Origin: Gordius albopunctatus
Lineage: Eukaryota
Assembly (NCBI GenBank): GCA_964276515.1
Contig: OZ193909.1
Location: 7,998,001-8,062,000, forward strand
Reading direction: 5' to 3'
DNA: 64,000 nucleotides
The notes beneath the pieces were generated by a model. It was not told the DNA's origin, did not search any database, and worked only from the letters and a program-made list of their open reading frames with translations. The first letter of the stretch is position 1, and each line of letters opens with the position of its first letter. A program made the translations under genes and the position numbers. Positions 51,801-64,000 of this stretch are shown here, piece by piece.

Positions 51801-54800
51801 TCAAAATTAAAAGTTTTATTCAGAAACAAATAATTATAATTATGATATTGTTTAATTACAAAAAATTAAAAAAAATTCCTTGAAGGGCCAGGGGGCCAAA
51901 GATTTTTCCCTTGGGGGGGGGGCATGGGGCCAGGTTTTCTCTCTTGGGTGGGCCTGGGCCTTGGACCCTCTTTAACTATTTGTTTAAAATTTTTTGCATA
52001 ATAAATACTTATCAATTATATTTGATATATTCTTAATCTATTGAAATTTATCTATAAGATGATATATATTCTGCTAATACACCCGGGTAAATGGCAAAAC
52101 AACGTTTGCCGGGTTCATCTAGTTATTATATATTAAGTAATAGTAATCTTTTTTCATATTTTAATTCAATATTAACAATAAATGTGGGGATGGGAATATG
52201 TATCCTCAACCTTGTCAGCTATGTTGCCTTTATATAAATTTCCGATTGTGCTTTTGTTAAATTTTATTTTGATATGCGATAGAAAAATGGTTAAAAAGTT
52301 AAATTTACCTCAAATACATATTCTCTAGTATCTTTTTCACTGTAATCCAGCATGGTGGAGAGAGGAACGAGGCTACACTCAAATTTTCCGTTATATGCAC
52401 TTTTAGAAGGAAACACCGATATACAGGGTTTAGAAAGTGCCCGCACAGCCTAATCAGTTAAAATCCCAAACGAGTTAATATAAATAATTCAAAAATGAGA
52501 AGATTGTACAAAAAAGACGTTTTCGCCCGTATGTTTTTAAAGCGCTCTGACATTATGATAAATCAATATGTAAAACAACTAATATTTTAATTATTTAAAT
52601 TAAGTTTTAATTTAACTTAAATTATCAAAATTATTGGAAGAACGTGCCTAAAAGGGAGTGTAAACACTCGTCTTAAAATAAAACCTATAAACTGCTGATC
52701 ACTCTACCTTTTTCGCAATGCAAGCCTCAAACGCCTTATTGTTTAACTCATCATTCGCATCTTTGTCTTCATGCATTACGGCATCATCGGTATCAACGAA
52801 CTGTTCGGTTTTAATCTGCACTACCTAAATATAACAGCAACTATTATAAAACTATCTCAAAGGTGTGGGCGGATAATTAGGAAGCACGCCACATATCTAT
52901 CCCGTTAAGTTAACAAACATGCAAGTAAGTCTATAATAACTATACATTCGTGTGAGGTGACGTCGGATTATCAGTAAAAGCTTCTTCTCCGTGGGTAGAT
53001 GTTAATGCCTCATCCGAGACCATCTCCTTTTTAATATTCACATCCTGCCTCGAGCCACAACCCGTTTCCGTCTTAATCACTCCATCATAAGGACAAGGCT
53101 CTTCTTTAACAGAGCTCGTTACACGTTCAGAACCATTGTTACAATCATTTTCAACTTTTTGCTCAGCAGCCGTGCCTGCAGCCAAACTGCTAGGCGTTAT
53201 CAGGCTCCAAACATCGGGCATCAGGATGTACACCTTTTCCATCCTTCCCCCAACCCGAACCTTGCAGTCTTTGTTAGTAGGGTTGATGTTAGGATGGTTA
53301 GCCTTTTTCAGAGCATCTTCCTCACCATCGGCACCCCCATCACATTCTTCTCCACAACGACGATAGTATATTTCCAACATACGGTACCTGATTAATGAGC
53401 GTAAGAGATAGAGTTCACCTAGTATAATCCAAAGTGTGAGAGTTGACCCAAAGCCGCCTAAACTAACTCATGATTGACTCACTATCCGCATGTTCGTTTT
53501 TAAGTGATTTATTGTATTTCTTTAAAATATAAAAATGTATCGAACACGAACCCAAAAATTTATAGTTTCACAGAAATTTTCTATTATAGCTGGTCTAGCC
53601 AGCGCTTACCAATTGACGCATGCGCTCAGATCGATACCCGTCATATATTTGGTCGTTCGGATGGCGGTGTTGATCAAAGTGGTCGGGTTGTTAATCGGAT
53701 CTGGCCCGTCCAATTTGGCTGACCACTGACCACCCAAAGCCATATTTTCTTTTTTCCCCTAATAAAACATACCAATTTAATATAGGTAGTATTGGTATTA
53801 TAAATGAATTTAATCCTTTAAGGCTCATTATTCAACACCCAAATCATTAAAACAATGGTGATATACAAAGGATTTTTTTTATTTACCAAATATCGATGCA
53901 CTGTTATTTTGTAATTCAAAAAACTTGTTTAATTAAGTTTTACATTCACTCATTACCTTGTTTGCCAGCAGAAATTTCAAGAGCCTCGACAAATGCCTAA
54001 AATTACGGGGTAACTCGTCTATGACGACGCCATCGTAGCCGAATGATTTGTTGTACATAGCCTGAAGACCCGGACAATTGAGGAGCATAACCTGCGAATA
54101 TTTCAAATCCATATTTCCATATATAAGCAAAAAAGGTTATTAATTTTGTCACGTAGGAAAATATCAGTTATTCGCTTCTTAATCAAATTCAGTTAAAATC
54201 AGGTTTATAATCTTAGTACTGAGGCATCAAATGAGATTTCTTGGCCATTTAAAAAAGCGCATCATATCTACAGGGAAAAACAAATAACGTTATTTGTATA
54301 TAAACTTATTAGACCGGCGTACAAGGAGGAGAAAGAAAAAATATTAATTTTTATTGATTCATTTTTGACCATAATTGTAAAGGGAAAAAATGCATTTAAA
54401 AAAGGGGGCAGGTAGATAGAACCCATGCCATGCTCACGTCTAAAACAACGTTAAACAAGTTTTTTTTGATTTTGTTCAAACATCACGGTAATTTCGCATG
54501 GCATACCTTAACGGTGATTATGTCTTGATCAATCCCATCCTCGCTCAAAACATTAACATTTTGGGGGGTGGATGGGTTATTGTAAGAGTAATCGACTTCT
54601 TTTTCGTCGTATTCCTTCTTGTCGTATATCTCGAACGGAGATAACACGTTCAGGCTCAAGGGCTTATCGATGGGTAAATCCTCCATCCATCGGTACTTGA
54701 CCGTCACAAATTCGCTGGGGATGTACAAGTTGGGAAAGCGATTCCACAGTTCGTAGACACCAGCAATTCGCCTAAAAATTCCATTAGTCTTATAAAGGCA

Positions 54801-57800
54801 GAATCTTGGCTAGTCTACCACCATTCGTAACCACAAGCCCGACCTTGAATGCGTCCTTTTTAATTTTAAATCCGAACCCAACTTAGAGACCAAACAATTT
54901 CCTAGCTTAAAGATAAGGTCCGAAGATAAAAATTTCGGACACTATGTGTAACAACCTTAATTAATAATGGTTTTCAAATAATTACCACCGCAATCTACTT
55001 TCCCATTAATTTATAATCATTTCACTCCAACAAGGCCCAAAATCAATTTTAATTTCCCAATAACCAACTCGCAAAGTTGATGTCACCAGCGAAAAATTCA
55101 AGTAAAAATTACCAATAAAACAACACGTCATCACAAAAAAACCAGATTAGTGTCCAACAGAAAATATCACTCAAAATTTGGTACCAAAGTTTCCTTCAAA
55201 ATTATGACATTGCAAAGTTTTTGGTTCCTAAGCTTTTCATTATAAAGAGATGAATGGGAGAATAAAGCCTACCTAGACAAGTTCACACGAGGGATATTAC
55301 ATTTCATCATAACGATCCCATTTTTGGCGGGAGCCCGGCTTCGCTCGGCAGACATTCGCCTCGCTTCCCTCTTATGCGATGATTGGCTAGGGCTCCCCCA
55401 CCGTTTACTACCGTTATTATGGGGCGGGGGTCTTTTGTAATCATTTCCATCAGCTCCTTTAGACTTGTTGGGTGGACTCCTCCTAGGGTCGGGTCTGTCA
55501 CGCTTATACCTGCGGTTACGCGATGTAGACCTGCTGGTGACAGATCTATCTCGAGAGCGACTATAAGTACCAGCACCGCCTCCAGACCTAGGCATAACAT
55601 ATAAAGAATTCAAACTGCTAAAGCAATTAATTTGTAATAAAGCCGATTTAGTTTAGTTATGCGAGGTCCGAATAACGTATTTTATGATGTCGATAGTATG
55701 TTAAAAGTGTGGGAGAGCGAAGTCCATTTCGAGAAAGAATTTGCTTTAGATTAATAGGGTGGAAATAAGTAACATTAGTATCCGTGTGATAATTAACTTA
55801 AAGCTTTTATAAATACTTAAGGCTTGAAAGTTTGCTTTTCGCGGCTCACGATAAATCTATAAAGAGTTAACTCAATTTTATTAACTCATCAAAAAGGTGA
55901 TTAATGAATTGATTTAATACTAAGTTTCTTTCAACTGTACTCGACCAAATCTAGTCTCGAATCAAATCAATTACCAAACCAACCATTAAACCCGATCAAA
56001 ATAAACCGTGGAAAATTTAACTGAGATCATGTAAGCTATTATATTTTTCCCATACATTTTTCTAATATAATTTGAGTTTAAAACTAGGTTCTAATGGTTC
56101 AACTTTCCTACCCCGCTTTATCTGGAGCTCCGTAACGAGACCTTTTATGACCTCCTCCAAAGTCTAGGGGCCGATTGAAGGCGGAATTAACCAGGCCAGC
56201 AGCGCCTTGGTTGGGTCCAGGGTTTTGGGGGAGCATAGATCCCAGTCCACCACCAGCCGCGGCCATCATGAGTGCAGCAGTGGCCGCGCTCAGGTCGTTG
56301 TTTAGCAGCATATTGTTATTATTATTGGGGAGGGAGAGATTGGGTTGTGCGTTACCTCCTTGCATCATAAAATTGAACATACTCCCAACGTCTGATGAGG
56401 GGTCACTGGGTGGAGCGTCGTAATCTATGAATCCTGCGCCTTGATGTTTTCTTCGATACAAAGAGGGAGAAAGTTAAATTGTAAATGATAAAATGTATGT
56501 ATATATATACACAAAAATATTATATATATTCATCAAAAGAACCTAGAGAATATAAAATATGCTTTTATTTTATACAACGGCTAGGTTTACATATTAAACA
56601 ATATTTCAGAGTTGCTTAAAATAATATAATAGGCCAATCCTTGATCCTTTAGGCTCCGTCAAAAATAAAAAACTTTGATATAACAAACATTCAAGTTTGT
56701 AAAATGGTATAAACTATATATGTGCTCCGCAAATTCACAATGGACCCTATCTTCGCACTAAGGCAAAAGATGGAAAATTATGGCTAAAAGAGAAAAAATT
56801 TACTTTGTCTTTATTGATATAAAAAGGGCTTATGACACGGTGCCTCGTGATTTAATAAGGTGGTACTTCAGAAGACAAAATATTCTCGATGCATATATAT
56901 GGTTTATGAAAATATTTACGAAGCCCAAATTCTGGCGTTAGAGTGACAGTGGGGGGGGGGGGTTGTCTAAACGCTTTTGTGTTATAATTGGGAATCTGGT
57001 GCAAAATGTAATATGTGCAAAATCTAATAATGTAATATTCGCATTTTAGAAATTGAGACCGGTTTTCACGCATATTCATACGCATGTAATATGTACTAAA
57101 AAACTACGTAATAAAAGGATACTATAATTGTTAATTGAAACAAAATAAGTTATATCAAAATGTATAATACTATTTTATAAATAAATACATATTATCAAAT
57201 AAATAACTAAATCTAACCCTAACCCTTGTCTATATTAGATTTTGCACATATTACATTTTGCACAGAAGTGATAATTGGATTACAGTAGGGATTTTCACTA
57301 AACCCCTTTTTATTCGATATAATTAAAAACGGCCTTTTACTTGGGCTATGCTATATGCCGACGATATAGTAGTATGAAAAGAGACAAAAGAAAAAGTATT
57401 GGAAGAAGCTAAAAAGTGGTCGAAACGGTTAGCTGAATATGGTAACAATGGAAGCAATCGAAAAACGGTATAAACAAAGATAAACGTCACAGGCACCCCA
57501 TCGCTGGATGAGTAATCAATTGAATAATTAAAAGTAGAAGACGGAATTACATATGTTAGTTCGTTGCTACATCAGGAGTGAGGTTGTGCAAAGGATGTCT
57601 GCACGGATTCAAAAAGGTGGCTTAAATGCGGTGTATCTCCAGTGTAATGTGGGACAAAATATGTCAATAGAGAGCAAGACTTCCTAAACTATTATAGTAA
57701 GACTGATGTGGGCGTAGCCACGTGAAATCAAGGAGGGACAGCTGGTTCACTTTCCCTAAGCCGAAAGATTCCTTGATATTGAATAAATGGGGTCACATTT

Positions 57801-60409
57801 TAAAAAATAGTCGTTTTGTCATTCCCTGACTTATTATTGACCCACCTCCCTATGATTCTTAGCTAGGCATGGGCATTAAAGGCCACAGAAAAGTTATTTC
57901 AAGCCACGGAGATGAGAATAAAACTCGACCATTTTAGTTAGACGAGCGCTTTAAAAGGAAGAAACGGACAGTACCATTATAAGGAAGGATCGATCGTGAG
58001 ACGCGCTTCCCTAGGGTAAGGTCCCTTTTTTTACTAAGTCCCTACCCCATAGTACTAAATTGTGGAAAAAGAGCCGCCACATGTGCCATATTTTTTAGTT
58101 ACATTGACCATCCCATTGATAAAACAGATAAAACATGAGGGGGTATTTTGTACTATTTAAATTCTTTTAACATAAAATAGCAACACTGTAGATAAATAAA
58201 TGAAAAATAATTTGCAGGATTATTAATTCGCTTAAATAGGTGCTATTATTAAAGGGGGAAAAAGAATTAAAGGAAATTCATGTTAGTTTAAAAACGGGTA
58301 TTTATTATCGAGATAATTTGGTTTTTTTAATTATTAGAACAAATGTAGGACAATTACAAAGTGAGACTTTACGTCAACATAATAATGTGTTGTGTTAACA
58401 TTTTTAAGTACCCAATTAGCTCTTATATTCTCATCTTCTTTACATCAGCCTCAATAGAAGATAAAATTTAAATTTAACTGGGCAAGCTCACATCACATGG
58501 ATGCTACATTATGTATATAAATCTTAAATCAAATTGCAAAATTTTATTATTTTACTATAAAATTTATTTGATATTTGAAGAAAAAAAAATTTAAATCTCC
58601 CCATCCCCCCAAAAAATAGATTCTGCGTACGCCCCTGGCTTAATTGTTATAAGAGAAGTAAAAGTTCATTGTGCTGTCTAGGCATATATCTAATGATCCA
58701 TCGGTCGGTCTGTCTCTGTGAAATAATAATACACTAATGGTCGGTACTAAGATGGTGGATATGAATTAAAGAGATCCTGGATATGAAGGTGCCGGGGAAG
58801 AGGGCAACATGACGCCTGTGTGTGATGTGGAAATGAGAAGAGGACAAATCTGTGATCAATTGATTTGGACATGACCCTTACTCAATCAAGATGTTTAAAA
58901 AATGATCAAAGGATACTCCACGATGGTGGAATTACACAATAAAGATAAATAATTGGTAATAGAAACTTTCAAAATCATAAATTTTTAGAAAAATTAGTCA
59001 AATATTAGTTATGGTTAGCATTTAATAATATTTTTTAAATAAAGTGAATTGTTTGAATAGGTTTTAATGTTGGCCTAATTCTCTAATCTAAACACTAACA
59101 ATAAATGCAAATTTAAAAAATTAGAAATGTCTTACTGTAATATTATTGACATTAACTTATTCAAGTCTTTTATTTAAATATCAAATTTTTGACTAAACAA
59201 TTTATGTGAAAATTATTTTTCAATTGTATAAAATATTTTATTTTGCAATATAAGGCTATCTAAAATAAAAAATACATTTTATTTAAGAGGCATATAGCAC
59301 AATGTATGTTTTATTATAGCCCTGTAAAGGCCACCCAAAGCTAGCCAAGCTAATAAAATAAAATATTTGGGTCCCAGGTAGGCGCAACCTAGCTCAAAGC
59401 AAACCCAAGCCAACTAACCACTAAAAAACATGTTTTTAATAAATATGACTCTATACAATATATATATTCATAGTGTAAATAATATAGCTTTAAAACTTAA
59501 ATACCTCCTTATTATTTAATAATTTTTTAAGTAATTGAAATTATATTACAATATTTCTATTTAAATTATATATAGTAGCTGTTTAAACTTTAAAAATTAG
59601 TCATTAATTCACAAAGCTTATTTAGAATCATTATCTAAAGGAGAAGTGGGCCTAGGAGAGGGGGGGGCTGGGCATAGTATAAAAATAAGATATTGGGCTC
59701 AGGATAGGTAAACTAACACATCTGGCTTCAATTGGGCTTAGACTTAAAATTAAGGTTTGATTATTTACAAGAGGTTCAGCACAGCACACACCAAAATAGC
59801 TTAGAAAATTTGAATAAATGTTTAAAATTACCTATTGTGATGGTTTACATTTTCATGTCTATGATTTGCCTTTTCTTCATTTTTCATGTAAGCTTATAGA
59901 AAATTTATAAACAATAATGATTGATATGACTTACATCTATAGGAATGGTTACTTCCAGATAATTTTTTATTGTCATTTTGTTTCAAGATGGGTAGACTTT
60001 GTATCCTATAGGCTTTCCATTTTAAAGGAACTTGTTCATCATAAGATGCATCAACTAAAACTTTGTCTCCAATTTTAGGATAACAACCCATCAATGCCCT
60101 AATTTTAACAACATGATCAAAAAATAATATTTCATCTTTACGTTGTGTCAAAAAATATTAGGTCATCTATGTAGCCAATGCCACTTTGAAACTTAGTAAC
60201 AACACCTACTAAACCTTTTTGCTATAAAAATATATGAATCGTTGGATATAATAATTCTTACATCTTTCACTTCTTTATTCTGATAAGATTCTTTATTAGT
60301 TTGATTCATAAGCATCATCATATCATAATTATGATTATTCTTTAAATCAAGCATTAAAAATTATACAACATAAACTTACTGTATTGCCATAAATAGAATT
60401 AAAATCCAT
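48894..60409 (-). CDS. CCAR1: Cell division cycle and apoptosis regulator 1 (CCAR1/DBC1 family), ~1114 aa, 19 exons
   Basis: Exons 60380-60409, 60262-60339, 60142-60221, 59935-60098, 59832-59892, 56112-56450, 55273-55614, 54507-54771, 53957-54091, 53610-53758, 52946-53387, 52708-52824, 52309-52449, 51322-51459, 51014-51089, 49990-50207, 49777-49909, 49330-49521, 48894-49138 sum to 3345 nt with compatible phases. Motifs: S1-like (GVVTK..GYID..FF; GDKVLVDASY..PLKWKAYRIQ), RS-rich tract, NLYIPSEF, DBC1/Nudix-like (MALGGQWSAKLDGPDP..LINTAIRT..TGIDLSAC.NW), GKFECSL..LDY, FEVSLFAEAFNDMLQRDFG, EF-hand-like FTYFD, C-terminal coiled coil. Confidence 0.93.
51548..52122 (+). mobile_element. Non-autonomous Helitron in a CCAR1 intron, same family as 18120-19223
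   Basis: A|TCTTATATATAAAA start and cacccgggtaaatggcaaaacaacgtttgccgggttcatCTAG|T end; the first ~210 bp match the other copy. Confidence 0.88.
56720..58930 (+). mobile_element. Decayed RTE LINE in CCAR1 intron 5, split by later insertions
   Basis: FIDIKRAYDTVPR (~56810), WAMLYADDIV (~57342), QATEMR (~57900) and a 3'-end-like segment at 58740-58930. Confidence 0.7.
56992..57267. mobile_element. Mutator-like MITE with a 31-bp perfect inverted repeat
   Basis: gtgcaaaatgtaatatgtgcaaaatctaata at 56999-57029 and its reverse complement at 57233-57263; 11-bp TSD gttataattgg / gtgataattgg. Confidence 0.78.
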
Positions 60410-61599
60410 TTTATGTAATTATTAATGAAATTAGTAGTTTATAAATACTAATTTATTATCAAAATACAATTAACAATTTTTGTTTCAATTTAATACCACT
60501 CGGTTCCCTATCAATTAGCCGAAAACCATCTTATCGAATTCACCCTGGGATATTAACGACCATCTCCCCATTATCATAAAGAGGGCCTTAAATTGAGTAC
60601 CTTTTATAATAATAATTGTCTATTTTATTATAAAAAATCCCGAGATAATAACTTTAATCCGAAATTGAATGGTTAAAATGCTTTATGTTGGGGGACATTT
60701 TCTATTCGAGGGACATTTTCTAACATTGGGACATTCAATACGGAAAGATGGTTTTAAGCAAGTTGACGGGCCACCATGTAATTCTCTACATATTAAAATT
60801 TGGATATATTATCAAAATTTCACATTAAATAAATGCCTAATCAATGTAATAGAAGAAAACCAAAAAATTTTCCACAAATGGTTTCATACAATTTTGTAAA
60901 AAATATGATATAGTGTCTATTAGACTACTAAGACTGCTCACAAAGTTAAGAACGTGTGCTATTTTGTCTCTACATATTTTAATATGCATTTATAATACAT
61001 ATAGTAGTAATTTTCATAATTTTGTGAGCATACAAATATAAAATCAAAATGTTTATTCATATTCAATGGCCTAGGCAGGATGTCATACCGAGAGGAGGGT
61101 TGCAAAATTCATGATATTATTACTATAAACAATCAGTGGCCAGGCAGAATACCATAGGGGGGAGGGAGGGTGAGTTAAATTTTGTGTCTTAAAATTAGAT
61201 TAAACAAATTAATGATATTGTTTAAATTAAATATCTAGTATGTATTCCAGATAAAAAATTACTTATCTTCAGTATTATGTTAAATTATAAATTTTTTTTC
61301 TCCAATTGGACCTGTGGCCTACCTTCCACGGACGCAATTTGCAAAGTCCTATCAATCTGAATTTGTAAACCTGGACTAGACATACCTGCTACAACTATTT
61401 TTTCTTGGCTTATTTATCTAAAAATATTACTTGCCGATGCTAACTAAAGGTCTCAGCTAGGTTAAATATTAAAATGATAGGTTTATATAGGTTCGTTGAA
61501 TAAAAGATGGTGCGCCAATTTGATTTCCGTAAATATTTTTTATTTATATAATAATTTAAATAAATTAGGAAAAAATTAATATAGTATAAACTTTTTTTA

Positions 61600-61715
61600 T
61601 AAATGTCGAATCGAGATTTTTTATCGAGACGAGACCGAGATTTTTCTAGACCGAGACGAGATCGATACACCGAGACAAGAAGAGATTTTGCGTTCGTGAC
61701 CGAGACAAGACACTG
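61600..61715. mobile_element. Right end of a MITE with (ACCGAGA)n subterminal repeats
   Basis: Repeated gagaccgaga/accgagac motifs ending in agacactg; left end not located. Confidence 0.5.
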
Positions 61716-62361
61716 CAAACAGCATTGCAATCTAATGTCATTGGCTTTTGACCAATCCTGTCATGAATGGCTTGAAGTTTACCCCTGCCGATCCCGTCAC
61801 CCTCTGCATTGTAAATTTAACAAAAGCAGGTATAGTATCCACCAAAAAATAAAACATTGTATGGATAATGCATTTCAAACATTCTATTTATAAATATTTC
61901 GTTCTTGTATCATTTTATATTTAATACTTTTCTATAATAAAGCATTTTTTTAGAACAAAAATTATAGCACTATTATTAGCTTGTACCAAATATTACATTT
62001 CTTTCCTAATTACACTTAACTAGATTTCGGACTACCAACGATGGGCTCTAGATTTAAAATATAAGGTATTAAACGTGGTTCTCTTAATTTTCAAACCTGC
62101 TTATTCCCAAAATGATTTGGACAACTTAATTCCAATCGTCAGTAGATATAACGTTTCCCTTTTTATATGACGCACTACGTAATATAATTTATTTGGCTTA
62201 TTCCTTCATCCTTCATCTTAACTGATATTTTTTAATTACAAATAACTCCATTTTTCCTTTCGCGTCTTCAATTCTTGCTAAATCTTATGTAACCGCCAAG
62301 TCCATGATTAAAGATGAAATTAAGGAATATATAACTACGAATATTAACGAGATGACACTAG

Positions 62362-62526
62362 CATGGGCGTAGCCAGGAGCTGATTTAGAGGAGGGCAATA
62401 ATGATTAAGGGAGGGGCAAAATAATAATTTTATAAAAAATTATCCTAATTATATTAAATTTGAAAGAATTCTTGGATTTAGAGGGCGTCAGCCGCCCCTC
62501 CCATCCACCCCCTGGCTACGCCCATG
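62362..62526. mobile_element. hAT-type MITE (CATGGGCGTAGCC family)
   Basis: Perfect 16-bp TIR catgggcgtagccagg / cctggctacgcccatg; TSD GACACTAG / AACACTAG. Confidence 0.92.
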
Positions 62527-63356
62527 AACACTAGTGTCGTTATCCAGTGCGTCTTATTAGACCTACGGTGATGTAAGGATTAAATCTACTAAGACATCAC
62601 CATTAATTATCGTGAGAGGCAATTCTCTGGTTTAAAATCCCGTTCAATTTAAGATAAAATTAGTATGGGGAGAGCCTTATTTATTAGTTTTATAATACCA
62701 CAACTACCCTATTCTACAGCTACACTTCTAAAGCTTGGATTATTTATACACGCCTGCACAGAACAGCTCACAGCCTGTTGTTCACAATAACACTATCTAA
62801 TAGCACATCCGAGTCTATATGACTAAAAGGTATACTAATGGTTGGTTTGCTACACACCCACATTAAAATTCATTAATAAAAGGAGACTGCCACTTATGAT
62901 ACGGCTATTTTTTGCACACCATAATATGACTCTATAAGACCCCTCGGCATGCCACCCGGTGCTCGCGTTACATCACAAGATAACACGTCCATAAATTCAA
63001 GGTGATGAATAAATTAGTAACTATCTTTTTATTTAAACACTACAAGAAAACAGCAGAAATGCATTTCACGATGAAAACCCCAAAATATATATTAATGGAT
63101 AAATATTGTGTTTTCAAGAAAATCTTTTCTCTTAAACTAAAGTCTCATGACACGCAGTTACTATTGCTATTCCAGGGTTACTGTTTTGTCCTCATGCCTT
63201 TTGCTTTGCCAGCGTCCCTTCTCCCTTTGTTCCTTCTTTTGCTGCCATGTTCTACGGTCTTTGTCCTAAGTCTACATGTTTTCTCACACCATCTATTGTG
63301 ATACATCAAACATCTCTCATCGGTCTGCCTTACGTCCTTGCTACTTACGCCCCTTA

Positions 63357-64000
63357 CTAGAGGTCTGCATTGTCCGGGCCAGGGCCAGGCCGGGCTTAAA
63401 ATAGAGCAATAAAAAAGTGCGGGCCGGGCTTGGGCTTTGAAAAGTAAAAAAATTTAACTTTATACTATAATTCTAATATAGAAACAAAAAATTCACTTAC
63501 TAGCTTAACAATAAAAAAATTTAATTTTCCAAAAAACAATCTGGTGGAAATCATTATGTTAAAGATGATAAAATAATCAGTTGTTTATCTGGCAAAGATT
63601 TATTAGAAAACTGGAAGACATTTCCATAAAACATATCATGCTATTGATTAATATGCTTTCACCTTATGAAAAGGCAAGTATCGAGTTAGAAGCGCATAAG
63701 ACACCAACACTCTATAAAATATTACCCTTTTATACATCATAAAAAGCATCGCAAATTTGTTTCCATCTCCTACGTATAATGGTGATCCTGTTGACTTAAA
63801 GATCTACAAATTTAAGTCAAGAGCCCAAACTATGCTAATTTCAAAGTCAAATATCGATATTTATCGTAAAATATTAACCTTTCTTGTTTCTTAGTTTCGT
63901 TCTTTAGCTACCCGAATATGAAAAAAGCTTCTAAAAAAACTACGGTAAATCGTGGCTCTTGAATAGATCTTCTTGCATAAGTCGTTCAACTAAATGTGAT
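63357..64000 (+). mobile_element. hAT element remnant running off the window
   Basis: Left end tagaggtctgca with gggcc repeats; 63600-63740 translates to MLSPYEKASIELEAHKTPTLYKILP, resembling the hAT L.PF..AT..LE...PT segment. Confidence 0.6.

Noticed and set aside
56108..56461. Possible separate nested gene in a CCAR1 intron
   Set aside because: Its splice phases (2 and 2) join the flanking CCAR1 exons exactly, so it is treated as a CCAR1 exon.
57213..57226. Telomeric repeat or chromosome end
   Set aside because: Only about two units, internal to a MITE.

Overview
AT-rich eukaryotic (invertebrate animal) genomic DNA. I reconstructed three spliced protein-coding genes by hand from GT-AG boundaries and codon phase: (1) a short ADAMTS-family secreted metalloprotease on the minus strand (2022-15030); (2) a 4-exon class A neuropeptide-receptor-like GPCR on the plus strand (40506-42629); (3) a 19-exon CCAR1/DBC1-family gene on the minus strand (48894-60409). 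Most of the rest is a dense, nested set of mobile elements: a decayed PGBD3-like piggyBac in an ADAMTS intron, many RTE-clade LINE copies (one near full length), two non-autonomous Helitrons, a Helentron/HINE-like element with an internal tandem array nested in a hAT derivative, a ~0.9 kb TRIM-like miniature LTR element with a tRNA-Trp PBS, several MITE families, mariner, hAT and RLE-retroposon remnants, and two local duplications. The most unusual items are the TRIM-like element, a CCAR1 apparently lacking its SAP domain, Helitrons with shared ends but different cargo, a 655-bp apparently templated insertion, and 38-46 nt micro-introns. No database searches were run; family assignments rest on recognised motifs.
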